Shown here one piece after another: positions 8,136-18,781 of a stretch of 62,830 nt of DNA. Under the pieces are notes generated by a model. It searched no databases. It saw nothing but the letters and a program-made list of their open reading frames with translations, and had not been told where the DNA came from. Numbering within the stretch: position 1 is the first letter of the stretch; every line of letters begins with the position of its first letter. The position numbers and the translations under genes are program-made. Origin of the DNA: an uncultured Syntrophaceae bacterium (GTDB lineage: Bacteria > Desulfobacterota > Syntrophia > Syntrophales > UBA2210); NCBI GenBank assembly GCA_964540715.1, contig CAZINZ010000004.1:1-62830 (forward strand). The letters are read 5' to 3'.

Positions 8136-9008
8136 ATGAAATATGAGGGAATGGTAATAAGACCACCAAGCGAGGCAGGGAGTCTCCTGTTGCAGGTGAC
8201 TGTAGGGTGTTCGCATAATAAGTGTACATTTTGCCCGACGTATAAAGGGGAAAGGTTTCGAATCAAGACCTTTGACGAGATTGAGGAGGATATTTTAGAG
8301 GCATCCGGATATGGTTATATTGACAGGATATTTCTTTGTGATGGTGATGTCCTGATTATGCCCATGAGAAAGCTGGCGCCGGTTCTCGAATCCATCAACA
8401 GTAATATAAAGGGTGTAAATAGGATCGGACTCTACGCGAACGCGAAGAGCATTCTCCGCAAGACACCTGAAGAACTCCTGGAATTGAGAAATCTCGGTGT
8501 AAAAATAGCCTATCTTGGTGTGGAGACAGGAAACGACGAGATCCTCGAAACAATCCAAAAGGGGGCAAATGCTCGACAGATGGTGGAAGCGGGACAGAAG
8601 ATAAAAGCGGCGGGTATAAAGCTTTCGGTCACTGTGCTCCTCGGAATCGGAGGAAAGACCAAAAGCATGGACCATGCCCTCGATACAGCGAGGGTGTTGA
8701 CAGAAATCGACCCCGATTATGTTGGGGCGCTTACTGTCATGGTGGTCCCGGGAACTACCCTTTATGAAGAACAGATGTCTGGAAAGTTCGAACTGCCTGA
8801 CAAATTTGGATTTCTTGAAGAGCTTGGGATTATGGTAGCGAATTCTGATTTTACAGAATGTTTTTTTACCTCTAATCACGCCTCAAACTACCTGCCGATA
8901 CGTGCAAGAATGCCGCAGGAAAAAAATGAAACAACTGAATTGATACAAAGTGTTATCGAGTCTTCAAATAAAAAGATGCTCAGACCCGAATATATGAGGG
9001 GACTGTAG
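8136..9008 (+). CDS. Radical SAM protein of unknown function
   Basis: CxxxCxxC 'CSHNKCTFC'; N-terminus 'MKYEGMVIRPPSEA' and C-terminal 'SNHASNYL' typical of a widespread anaerobe family. Confidence 0.88.
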   Translation: MKYEGMVIRPPSEAGSLLLQVTVGCSHNKCTFCPTYKGERFRIKTFDEIEEDILEASGYGYIDRIFLCDGDVLIMPMRKLAPVLESINSNIKGVNRIGLYANAKSILRKTPEELLELRNLGVKIAYLGVETGNDEILETIQKGANARQMVEAGQKIKAAGIKLSVTVLLGIGGKTKSMDHALDTARVLTEIDPDYVGALTVMVVPGTTLYEEQMSGKFELPDKFGFLEELGIMVANSDFTECFFTSNHASNYLPIRARMPQEKNETTELIQSVIESSNKKMLRPEYMRGL

Positions 9009-9167
9009 GGAGTGTATTTTTGTTGCCTCTCAATGAGATGTTTGCAATAATCACAGGCATCTCAGAATCCATCGCAGATGACTTTCGTGACACGGTAATG
9101 TGTCATGTACGATTCAATCTAAGTGAGCCCTTTTACAGGGCCTTTCGGGTGTCAATCAGACAGGGGG

Positions 9168-10056
9168 ATGAATCATTTTACCGGAAAAAATCAAAAGGTG
9201 GATCTGCACACTCTTTCCGTGGGCAGTTGGAACAAAAAGTCTCACTTTACTCGAAGAGAGAATACAATCCATTGTCAGTGCGGGCGAGAAAAACGGGCTA
9301 ATTGACAGGCAGTCTGGTGAGATGATTCAGAGTATTCTTGAGTTGCGTGAGACTGTTGCCCGGGAAGTAATGGTGCCGAGAACGGAAATAGTTGCCATTA
9401 ATGACAATTCCACAATAGAAGACATACTGGCGCTGATCCTGAAACACGGACATACCCGGATGCCCTTTTACAATGATAATATTGATAATATTGTTGGAAT
9501 ATTGAATGTGAAAGATCTCCTGAGGTTCTGGTTTGAACCATTCCAGAGGGATGATATTATCTCTATCCTTAGAAAGACCTATTACATTCCTGAGACCAAG
9601 AATACCCATCTCCTGCTGCACGAACTCAAAGAAAAAAAGTCGCATATGGCCATAGTAATTGATGAGTATGGTGGAACCTCCGGCCTCGTAACGTTAGAGG
9701 ACCTGATAGAGGAGATAGTCGGCGAGATTCACGATGAACACGATATTGATGAAAATCCCTTCACAATACTCCCCGATGGTGAGATTCTTGTGGACAGCAG
9801 GGTCGAGATCGAAGAGTTTGAAGAGTATTTCGGCATGGAAGTTCCCGAAGGGCAGTTTGAAACACTTGGAGGATTTATCTTCTATCTTATCAAGAAGATC
9901 CCGGTTGTCGGTGAAACCATTACATACGAAAACCTTGAGATTGCAATAGAAGTAGCCGATGAAAGAAGTATTAAGAAGGTAAGGATAAAACGAACCGGAG
10001 AAACGACTTCACAGGCCGGCAACAAGAAAGAAAAGACACGCGAACACAATGAATAA
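9168..10056 (+). CDS. corC: CorC/HlyC-family CBS-domain protein (Mg/Co efflux associated); N-terminus joined only by removing one base in an A6 run
   Basis: 'ETVAREVMVPRT', 'GHTRMP', 'IVIDEYGGTSGLVTLEDLIEEIVGEI', C-terminal 'FETLGG'. Frame is open from 9172 without a canonical start until 9322; an SD+ATG at 9168 is one frame off. Confidence 0.85.
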
Positions 10057-11581
10057 AAAGACCCTGTTGCTCTCTCTGATTTCCGGCCTTCTTATCGTTC
10101 TGTCTTTTCCTAAAGCGGATATAGGCCTTCTTGCCTGGATCGCCCTTGTACCGCTCCTGCTTGCCATAGAGAATACAGACCTTCCGGGTGCATTCCTGAC
10201 TGGATTAGTAACTGGCCTTGTGTATAATACAGGTCTGATATACTGGGTTGTGTTTGTTGTTGTACACTATGGCTATCTCCCTTTCTATACCGGTGTTTCG
10301 GTCATGCTTCTACTGGCCGCCTACCTGAGCCTGTATCCGGCGCTGTTCTGTGTCGGGGTTGTATATTTCAGAAGGATGGGGTTCAGTGCGGTAATAATTG
10401 CCCCGTTACTCTGGACCTCACTTGAGTATTTGAAGGCCCATCTTTTTACCGGATTTCCATGGGAAAACCTTGCCTATTCGCAACATGAATACCTTTCCAT
10501 GATACAGGTTGCCGATATTACAGGAATCTACGGCATCACTTTTCTGATAGTACTGTTGAACTGTATTGTTTATGACTGTATCAGTGTCCTGCTTTTCTCC
10601 TCCGGCGGCAAAAAAAAACAACTTATGACCGAGATTGGTATCGGATTAGCTCTCCTGTTACTTGTCACCGGTTACGGTATATACCGTATAGACAACCTGA
10701 AGGATGCCACAAAACAGCTTGATTCCGTGGATGTCCTGCTTGTTCAGGGAAATATTGACCAGTCGATTAAATGGAGTCCGGAATTCAAGACAGAAACTTT
10801 GAATATTTACAGAGATATTACCACCCATGAATCGAAACGCGGCGTGTCGTTGACCGTGTGGCCTGAAACAGCAGTTCCATTCTTTTTTCAAAATTATGAT
10901 GACAGATCAAGGAGCATAATAGATACAGCAAGAGAAACAAAATCCTGGCTGCTGTTCGGATCTCCGGGCTACGAGAGGGAAGTTGGAAAATCCTCCTATT
11001 ACAACAGCGCCTACCTGATATCTCCGGAAGGTGTCACCTCCGGAAGATATGATAAGGTCCACCTCGTGCCATTTGGCGAATATGTACCACTGCAGGATAT
11101 ACTCTTCTTTGTCGATAAACTGGTGGAAGGCGCCGGAAATTTTACGCCCGGCAGGCAAATTGCGCCACTTTCGATGAGTGACAGAAAGTTGGGTGTGCTT
11201 ATATGTTATGAGGGGATATTCCCTGAAATCAGTCGAGAATATCGTCTTAAAGGAGCGGAGCTTCTTGTCAATATTACCAATGACGCGTGGTATGGAGATA
11301 CATCCGCCCCGTATCAGCATCTGACTATGGCGGCCTTCAGGGCTGTAGAAAATCGCATTTATCTGATAAGGGCTGCAAATACCGGGATAAGCGCCATAGT
11401 GGACCCAACCGGGCGAATTGTATCCAGAACGGATCTGTTTAAAAGAACATCCTTGAGTGGCACGGTATCATTTACCAGCCATGATACCTTTTACACAAGA
11501 TATGGTGACCTATTTGCTTGTTCTTGTGTCGTGTTTCTGTTAATGGCCTTACTAATTTCATTCAGGAGGAAGAATAGATGA
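10049..11581 (+). CDS. lnt: Apolipoprotein N-acyltransferase
   Basis: 'FTGFPW', 'QGNIDQ', 'VWPET', 'YDKVHLVPFGEY', 'ICYE', 'NITNDAW', 'RAANTGIS'. Confidence 0.96.
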   Translation: MNKKTLLLSLISGLLIVLSFPKADIGLLAWIALVPLLLAIENTDLPGAFLTGLVTGLVYNTGLIYWVVFVVVHYGYLPFYTGVSVMLLLAAYLSLYPALFCVGVVYFRRMGFSAVIIAPLLWTSLEYLKAHLFTGFPWENLAYSQHEYLSMIQVADITGIYGITFLIVLLNCIVYDCISVLLFSSGGKKKQLMTEIGIGLALLLLVTGYGIYRIDNLKDATKQLDSVDVLLVQGNIDQSIKWSPEFKTETLNIYRDITTHESKRGVSLTVWPETAVPFFFQNYDDRSRSIIDTARETKSWLLFGSPGYEREVGKSSYYNSAYLISPEGVTSGRYDKVHLVPFGEYVPLQDILFFVDKLVEGAGNFTPGRQIAPLSMSDRKLGVLICYEGIFPEISREYRLKGAELLVNITNDAWYGDTSAPYQHLTMAAFRAVENRIYLIRAANTGISAIVDPTGRIVSRTDLFKRTSLSGTVSFTSHDTFYTRYGDLFACSCVVFLLMALLISFRRKNR

Positions 11582-12667
11582 TTGCAGATATTTCCGAACA
11601 GTTAAAGGATCTGAAGAAGAGGATAGACAATCTCAGAGGTTGTCTTTGACATAGAAGCCAATGAAGAAAAGATTGATAAACTGGATAAACAAATCCTCAG
11701 AGAGGGCTTCTGGAATGATCAGGATACTGCCAGGAATATATTGAAGGAAAAAAGCAGTGCGGAAGGCACGGTCCGTGGTTGGAGGAAATTGAATAATTCC
11801 CTTCAGGACATGCAGATACTCTTTGAAATGGCAAGTAATGAACACGACGAAAGTGTTCTCCATGATATAGAAAAGGATATTACTGATCTTGAATCGCTGG
11901 TCAGTGCAGATGAATTCAGGATGATGCTGGGCAATGAGGAAGATCCCGGCAACGCTATCATGACGATTCATGCCGGAGCCGGTGGCACGGAAGCGCAGGA
12001 CTGGGCGCAGATGCTCTTGCGGATGTACTTGAGATGGTGTGAGAGAAAGGGTTTTGAAACAAAGATTGTTGATCTCCAGCCTGGTGATGAGGCAGGTATT
12101 AAAAGCACAACCCTGACAGTGGATGGAGAATACGCCTATGGATATGCCAAGGCGGAAGTAGGAATACACAGACTTGTGCGTATATCGCCCTTTGATGCCG
12201 GCGGGAGGAGGCACACTTCATTCGCGTCGGTTTTTGTATATCCGGAGGCATCTGGTGATATAGATGTTGAGATTAATGATAATGACTTACGGGTTGATAC
12301 CTACAGATCCAGTGGAGCCGGGGGACAGCATGTAAACAAGACAGATTCCGCAGTAAGGATCACACATATAGCTACGGGAATAGTTGTTCAATGCCAGAAT
12401 GAGAGGTCTCAGCACAAGAACAGGGCCATGGCCTTGAAGGTATTGAAGTCAAGGCTCTACGAAATGAGGCTTTGTGAAAAGGCCGAAGAGTTGGACGAGG
12501 TCAATAAGACGAAAAAGAAGATAGCCTGGGGAAGTCAGATACGTTCCTATATTCTTCACCCCTATAAGCTGATAAAGGACCACAGGACAAATATGGAAGT
12601 TGGCAATGTGGAAAAAGTGTTGGATGGTGATATAGACGGTTTTATTGAGGCGTATCTGATAAGTTGA
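11578..12667 (+). CDS. prfB: Peptide chain release factor 2 with programmed +1 frameshift
   Basis: ATG 11578, 23 codons to CTT-TGA-C (11644-11650) with internal SD-like AGAGGT 3 nt upstream; +1 frame contains SPF and 'GAGGQHVNKT'. Confidence 0.97.
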
Positions 12668-12805
12668 TGAATGAGAGATAACTGATCCCGGTGAGTTATC
12701 TTTAATGAAGCCGAAGTAAAGACGCTGTCTGCAGTTGATAAAAAAGGGTCCGGGCGTATGTGCTCGCTGTTTAATTTAATGCACTTTCTACGGGAGTTTG
12801 AATTT

Positions 12806-14623
12806 ATGTTTGCATTCAAGAGACTGTCAATAACAGTTTTTCTGGTCGTATTCCTGTCCTCATGTATTCTGCCGCCTGGTTTCATCCGTTCATCCTCCCC
12901 CGGTTCGGATAAATCAGAAATTCCTGTGGAACAAATACCAGAATCTCATTCGGTATTTCAGGAGAATGACGAAGACGGTATCATTGAAGGAAACCTTTCA
13001 GATGAACCTGCTTTTGACTCATCTGAAGTGGTTAATTCCTCTGAGCAGTCACTATCGAGTGGAAAACCTCTCAATCAGAACAATAAGCAGGTGATTATGG
13101 ATGAGGCCCTCGATTTTCTGGCCCAGTCCCAACTTCTCTGGGAAGAAGGGGAGATCGACAAGGCACTGACTATCCTTGACGAGGCATATTCTCTTCTGCT
13201 GGATGTAAATGGTGACCCGGAGATTACCTGGCAAAAAGATGACCTGCGCATGATGATAGCAAAGAAGATTGTGGAGATATACGCATCAAGAAGCAATGTC
13301 GCTGCGGGTTACCAGAGCGAGATACCGCTTGTTATGAATGACGATATAGCCAAGGCGATAAAACGTTTTCAGCGCGGTGAACGTAAATTCTTTATTTCTT
13401 CATATATGCGCTCCGGCAGGTACCGCCCGATGATATTAAAACAGTTGAAGGACGCGGGACTGCCTGAAGAACTTTCATGGCTCCCGCTTGTTGAAAGCGG
13501 CTTTAAGATAAGAGCTCTTTCATCGGCGCGTGCCCTTGGTCTCTGGCAGATAATACCTTCGACCGGGTATATGTACGGGCTGAAGCGAGATCACTGGATT
13601 GATGAACGTATGGATCCGGAAAAATCCACCAGAGCGGCCATTGCCTATCTGAAGGAACTCCATGGGATATTCGGTGACTGGCTGACGGTACTGGCGGCGT
13701 ACAATTGTGGAGAGGGGAGGGTGCTCAAGACCATATCAAGGCAGAAAATGAATTATCTTGACAACTTCTGGGATCTCTATCGCCAGCTTCCACGGGAGAC
13801 ATCTAACTATGTTCCACGATTTCTCGCGACGATAGAAATTATAAAAGATCCTGAGAAATACGGGATCGACTTGAAACGGGAGCATGATATACCCGTTCCC
13901 TTTGCTACGGTTAAGACGGGAAAAAGTGTCAGGCTCAAGGATGTGGCAAAGAGTCTTAGTATTGAGCAGAAAACGTTGAATCTTTTAAACTCGGAACTCA
14001 GATATAAAACAACCCCTAAGACTTACGATCTGAAGATACCAGCAGGTATGGAAGAAAAATTTGCCCTGATTATCGACAAGGTCGCGAAGGCGAAGAGGCC
14101 CGGAGGTCCACGGTATATACGCTATAAGATTAAGAGAGGCGATACCCTGTCAGTTCTGGCTCGGAGATACAAAAGTTCGGTAAATGGTATCATGGCGGCC
14201 AATCGCCTTTCCGGCAAACACCGCATCAGAGCGGGCAGGTGGCTGAAGATACCTTCTCGCGGGTATGTCTATACTAAAAAGGTGCGGAAGTCCGCGCTTA
14301 AAGCGGGTGACGTGGCGGCTTACAGGGTAAAGAAGGGTGATTCTCTATGGCTCATTGCAAGGCGGTTTGGTACAACCGTCTCAGAGATAAAAAGGTTAAA
14401 CGGTCTGCGGCGAAATAATCTCAGCATAGGCCAGGTAATCAGGATAAGAAGCAGCTCCGCGGGAAAGAATGCAATATCGACAAAGACCAGCGTCGTAAAA
14501 AAAGGCGATACCCTTTCTGAAATAGCGTTAAGAAACGGGGTTGCTCTCGACAAACTCCTTAAACTGAACAACTTCAACATAAATACCGCCATTTACCCCG
14601 GACAGATGGTGGTAGTAAGGTAG
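12806..14623 (+). CDS. mltD: Membrane-bound lytic murein transglycosylase D-like lipoprotein (SLT + 3 LysM)
   Basis: Lipobox-like 'FLSSC'; SLT 'LPLVESGF', 'GLWQII', 'AAYNCGEG'; three LysM repeats 'YKIKRGDTL', 'YRVKKGDSL', 'VKKGDTL'. Confidence 0.88.
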   Translation: MFAFKRLSITVFLVVFLSSCILPPGFIRSSSPGSDKSEIPVEQIPESHSVFQENDEDGIIEGNLSDEPAFDSSEVVNSSEQSLSSGKPLNQNNKQVIMDEALDFLAQSQLLWEEGEIDKALTILDEAYSLLLDVNGDPEITWQKDDLRMMIAKKIVEIYASRSNVAAGYQSEIPLVMNDDIAKAIKRFQRGERKFFISSYMRSGRYRPMILKQLKDAGLPEELSWLPLVESGFKIRALSSARALGLWQIIPSTGYMYGLKRDHWIDERMDPEKSTRAAIAYLKELHGIFGDWLTVLAAYNCGEGRVLKTISRQKMNYLDNFWDLYRQLPRETSNYVPRFLATIEIIKDPEKYGIDLKREHDIPVPFATVKTGKSVRLKDVAKSLSIEQKTLNLLNSELRYKTTPKTYDLKIPAGMEEKFALIIDKVAKAKRPGGPRYIRYKIKRGDTLSVLARRYKSSVNGIMAANRLSGKHRIRAGRWLKIPSRGYVYTKKVRKSALKAGDVAAYRVKKGDSLWLIARRFGTTVSEIKRLNGLRRNNLSIGQVIRIRSSSAGKNAISTKTSVVKKGDTLSEIALRNGVALDKLLKLNNFNINTAIYPGQMVVVR

Positions 14624-14664
14624 GGCTGTGATTCCGAGGCAGGGGATCATGAACCGGCGGACCC

Positions 14665-15111
14665 TTATTCTATGTGATATTTCTTCAGAGCAAAAAAGAT
14701 TTCTTTTTCTTTTTTTTGCATTCTTTCAGCCTCCTCGGATATTTCATGATCATATCCCTGCAGGTGCAGAATGCCGTGGATCATCAGGTAATCGATCTCA
14801 TCTTCAAGGGAAAGGCCTCCGGTCTTCGCGTCCCTTAAGGCTGTTTCAGTGGATATAATAATGTCTCCGAGCATATAGGGATTAACGTCTCCGAATTCTC
14901 CCTCGTTCATGGAGAATGCTATCACGTTCGTGGGATAATCCCTGCCGAGGTATTGTCTGTTTATTTCTGTTATGCCTTCATCATCCAGCAGAGTCAGGCT
15001 GATTTCGCTGTCTTCATTCTCAATAACACTCAGAATTATACTTAACGAATGTTCAGTTCGCGGAAGGTCTATTTCTACCTTTGTTTGCCTGTTGTTTGCA
15101 AGAATCTTCAT
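14665..15111 (-). CDS. ybeY: rRNA maturation endoribonuclease YbeY
   Basis: 'NRQYLGRDYPTNVIAF', 'LGDIIIS', 'HGILHLQGYDH'. Confidence 0.95.
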   Translation of the reverse strand: MKILANNRQTKVEIDLPRTEHSLSIILSVIENEDSEISLTLLDDEGITEINRQYLGRDYPTNVIAFSMNEGEFGDVNPYMLGDIIISTETALRDAKTGGLSLEDEIDYLMIHGILHLQGYDHEISEEAERMQKKEKEIFFALKKYHIE

Positions 15112-15117
15112 TGATTG

Positions 15118-17415
15118 TTATCTTGAAGGTTGTTGATACTCTATCCGGCGATGGAATATACCGGTAAGGATCCTCGTAAATGTCTCGTTAATCTTTTTCA
15201 GTTCGCGGAAGGTGAGGTCTGATTCATCGAGTTGTCCTTCTTCCATCGCATATTTTATCCTGTCGTCAACGAGATTCTTTATCCTTGCGGGTGTTGGATT
15301 GGTCAGGGTCCTTGACGAGGCCTCCACGATATCTGCGAGAAGGACAAGGCCAGCCTCTTTATTCTGAGGCCTTGGGCCTGAATATCGAAAATCATTTTCC
15401 TGGACTGACTGACCGGAATCTTTGCTGTCCTCTTTAGCTTTGTCATAGAAATAGCGTACAAGCCCCGTCCCGTGGTGCTGTTTAATAATATCCGCTATTG
15501 GCTTTCCCAGATTATGCTCATTCGCGAGTTCACATCCATCCTTGACATGCGAAATAATGACGAGGCTACTCATTTGGGGGGAAAGGTTATCATGTCTGTT
15601 TTTCCAGCCAGACTGATTTTCTATAAAATACTGTGGCTTTCTCATCTTTCCGATATCATGATAATAGGCGCTTACCTTTGCCAGCATAGAGTTTGCACCG
15701 ATTTCTTCCGCTGCCGCCTCCGCGAGAGATGCCACGATTACACTGTGGTGATATGTCCCTGGCGCCACCATGAGCAATTCCTGGAATATCGGTTGATTCA
15801 GGTTGGCCAGTTCGAGGAGTTTGATGTCTGTTGTATAGCCAAACAGGGATTCAAATAGAGGGACAAGACCTGAGACCATAAACCCTGATAAAATACCCCC
15901 TGTGAGACCCATTGCCAGTTTTAAGGGTGTCTCAATTATAAAGAGGTTGCCGGAGAGAAGAGAGAGACAGACTATAGTTCCCGTGTTGACTATACCAACA
16001 AGCAGCCCGGTTTTGAAAAATGCCGAACGTCGCTCGCAATGGATAATACAGTGCGCCGCAACTGCGCTTCCAACGAGAGAAAGCAGAAATATTGAAGACT
16101 TGTTTTCAAACAGAAAAGCTATCACGAGGGAAGAAAAGACTGAAAATATCAAACCTTCGTTTCTGCCGATAAGGATTGCAACGAGCATAGTGCCGATGGT
16201 GAAAGGTATGGCGTAAACAAAGATGGATGCCGGGGCAAGCTTGGACGTGATATCTATGGAGTCGCATATGAATATGCCCGCTTTTACGATGATTACCTGA
16301 AGTATAATCGCAATGCTCATGAAGATAACATCGGTGACTACAGTTTTTCCCAAGCGGAATCGTAAGCTGGCCATACGGTAAAAAATGACTGACAGAAGCA
16401 CAATTGTAAGAAATATTCCTGAAAATATGGAGATATTTATAAACTTGTTTCCCTCTTGGCCTTTATAAAATGCGTCCAGCTTATCGAGATCATCTGGTGT
16501 GATTTTCTCGCCTTCCCGAATAATCATTTCGTTTTTTTGAAGTTTGTACAGTGCTGGTTTTACATTATCGAAGACGAATTGTTTGCTTTTCTCTGTCGCG
16601 TTTTTCGCAAATGTGAGATTAGGTATCACGGCCTTTTGGGCAAGCGATATTACAATTCTATTCGGTCTTTTGGGCTTGAAGATTGTCTTTGCTTTGTTAC
16701 GCAGGATGGTGTTCATTTTTCCTGCGTCCAGTATCGACGACAGTTCATCCAGTCCCCGTTCCTCCTGATTATCGATGTCACGTATTATGATGCCTTTAAC
16801 ATTATGGAGACTCAAAATGTCCCAGCTGCTTATCAGGCTGTCTTCATAGGAGGAATAAACAAGCTTTGCAATGTCGCTATATAAATCAAGGGGGAACCCT
16901 TTCTTGCTAAGTGTTTTAAACTCATAGGCTGTAAGGTTTATTCCAGAAATATCTTCGAATTCCTTTTTTAGATTTGCGGCAGTTTTTTTCCTGTCAGGCA
17001 ATTTAGATTTTTCCTCTGCATTTTCTCTCATGTATAGGAATGCCTTTGACATGGCCGCATCGATCTTTGCTGGTATGTTGCTGTCATAATCATAGATGGG
17101 CCTTGTGTTTTCGATGGCCTCCGCCCTTTTCAGTTCTGTGGCCGCCTTGTCTACCACGAGGAAGTCACGATCAGCCTGTATATCCTGCGAAATAATCGAT
17201 CCCACTTTGTATTCGGGTGGAGCCATATTAAGAATTTGTGGATAAAGCATGATGGCAAGAATCAGGCTCATGGAAAATGCAATGGCGGACTTCCATGAAT
17301 AGATCTCGGCGGCAAACCAGTCCACACCTTTGATTCCTGATGCTCCGTTATTTCGTATTCGTGTAAGGGGGGTAGTTTTTAAGGTCATAGATTTGTTGTT
17401 GTGCCGATTACTCAA
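15118..17415 (-). CDS. 7TM-HD (7TMR-HDED/HDIG) membrane phosphohydrolase, PgpH/YqfF family
   Basis: Large extracytoplasmic region, about 7 TM helices, 'APGTYHHS', 'YYHDIGK', 'YFIENQ', 'QHHGT', 'LADIVEA'. Confidence 0.92.
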   Translation of the reverse strand: MSNRHNNKSMTLKTTPLTRIRNNGASGIKGVDWFAAEIYSWKSAIAFSMSLILAIMLYPQILNMAPPEYKVGSIISQDIQADRDFLVVDKAATELKRAEAIENTRPIYDYDSNIPAKIDAAMSKAFLYMRENAEEKSKLPDRKKTAANLKKEFEDISGINLTAYEFKTLSKKGFPLDLYSDIAKLVYSSYEDSLISSWDILSLHNVKGIIIRDIDNQEERGLDELSSILDAGKMNTILRNKAKTIFKPKRPNRIVISLAQKAVIPNLTFAKNATEKSKQFVFDNVKPALYKLQKNEMIIREGEKITPDDLDKLDAFYKGQEGNKFINISIFSGIFLTIVLLSVIFYRMASLRFRLGKTVVTDVIFMSIAIILQVIIVKAGIFICDSIDITSKLAPASIFVYAIPFTIGTMLVAILIGRNEGLIFSVFSSLVIAFLFENKSSIFLLSLVGSAVAAHCIIHCERRSAFFKTGLLVGIVNTGTIVCLSLLSGNLFIIETPLKLAMGLTGGILSGFMVSGLVPLFESLFGYTTDIKLLELANLNQPIFQELLMVAPGTYHHSVIVASLAEAAAEEIGANSMLAKVSAYYHDIGKMRKPQYFIENQSGWKNRHDNLSPQMSSLVIISHVKDGCELANEHNLGKPIADIIKQHHGTGLVRYFYDKAKEDSKDSGQSVQENDFRYSGPRPQNKEAGLVLLADIVEASSRTLTNPTPARIKNLVDDRIKYAMEEGQLDESDLTFRELKKINETFTRILTGIFHRRIEYQQPSR

Positions 17416-18406
17416 TGCCTGCTGTCGATTTATTTCTGTCGATATGGTTATATGCCCGTATTATATCCGGGACGAGACGGTGTCTTACCACATCTATCTC
17501 AGAAAAGTAAACAAAACGGATGCCCTTCACCTTTTTCAGAATACTCTCCGCTTCTACGAGACCGGAGATCTTACCGGATGGAAGGTCGGTCTGGGTCACG
17601 TCACCGGTTATGACGGTCTTCGACCCTAAACCGAGTCTCGTTAGAAACATTTTCATCTGTTCCGAGGAGGTATTCTGGGCCTCATCAAGGATTACAAAGG
17701 AATCATTCAATGTCCTTCCCCTCATGAACGCCAGCGGAGCAACCTCGATTGTTCCCTTGCTTATCAATGCAGACGCCCTTTCGAAATTCATCATATCGTA
17801 GAGGGCATCATACACGGGTCTCAAGTAGGGATTAACCTTTTCAGATAAATCGCCAGGGAGGAATCCAAGCTTTTCCCCGGCCTCAACAGCGGGTCGCGTG
17901 AGTATTATCCGGTTTACACTTTTTTCGAGCAGTGCCCCAACAGCCATGGCCATGGCAAGATAGGTCTTGCCGGTTCCAGCAGGGCCTATACCGAAAACCA
18001 TGTCGTATGTTCTGATAGAATCTATATACGATTTCTGCGCCATACTTTTTGGAGTGATTACCTTCTTTTTTGACGACACAAAGACGGTGTCAAGAAAGAC
18101 GGACTCAAGATTAGCGGAGCTGTTTGTTGAAAGTATCCTGTGTGCATAATCTATGTCGGTGGGATAGACAGGGTAGCCTTTTTCAATGATGCTATATAAT
18201 TGAGACAAAAGATTCTTTACGAGATCGCAGGCAAGCTTGTCTCCCGATATGAAAACTGTGCTTCCCCTGGAGTTTAGCGTCACTCCTCCAAGCTTTTCGA
18301 CAACCTTTCGGTTCCTGTCATATTCTCCCAGAAGTATCTTCAGATTGTCGTTGTCCGGGAAGGTTATCTCTCTGGCAGAAACGTTTTGATGGGTTTTTGC
18401 TTCCAA
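17408..18406 (-). CDS. phoH: PhoH-family ATPase
   Basis: 'GPAGTGKTYLA', 'LTRPAVEAGEKLGFLPGD', 'LDEAQN', 'DVVRHRLV'; start (TTG 18406) is uncertain. Confidence 0.93.
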   Translation of the reverse strand: MEAKTHQNVSAREITFPDNDNLKILLGEYDRNRKVVEKLGGVTLNSRGSTVFISGDKLACDLVKNLLSQLYSIIEKGYPVYPTDIDYAHRILSTNSSANLESVFLDTVFVSSKKKVITPKSMAQKSYIDSIRTYDMVFGIGPAGTGKTYLAMAMAVGALLEKSVNRIILTRPAVEAGEKLGFLPGDLSEKVNPYLRPVYDALYDMMNFERASALISKGTIEVAPLAFMRGRTLNDSFVILDEAQNTSSEQMKMFLTRLGLGSKTVITGDVTQTDLPSGKISGLVEAESILKKVKGIRFVYFSEIDVVRHRLVPDIIRAYNHIDRNKSTAGIE

Positions 18407-18567
18407 ATAATGTGCAACCTGTCTGCGTGATGGCTTAATCCTATCACACCTTAAACACATATCCAACAGGTATTGTCTGATACAGGAGACGGGGATACAT
18501 AGGCAGATACTCACTGTCAATGCCAATTGACATTACCCGAAACAGAATGCAGACGGGGTAATTCAAA

Positions 18568-18596
18568 TTGACAAAACAGGAAGTACCTGATAGATA
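18568..18596 (+). promoter_or_regulatory. Putative sigma70 promoter for 18782-19774
   Basis: TTGACA (18568-18573), 17 nt, TAGATA (18591-18596). Confidence 0.55.
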
Positions 18597-18781
18597 TCTC
18601 GCATAGATTAGTAGATTTACAGAGTAAATCTGACCTGAAAAAATGTCGCAGGGACATTAGCTGTCAGAACTTTGATGTCCCGTGTCGCATGAACGGGGGA
18701 ATGCGTGAGTCTTCAACTCAATATTGAGTCAGCTTTTCATTGGAGATAAATTCTGTATTACTGAAAGGAGGTATTGACCAA

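Noticed and set aside
9169-9171. In-frame TGA upstream of corC (and the TGA in the MATE gene) as possible selenocysteine codons
   Set aside because: No Cys-homologous context or SECIS-like hairpin; single-base frameshifts explain both better.
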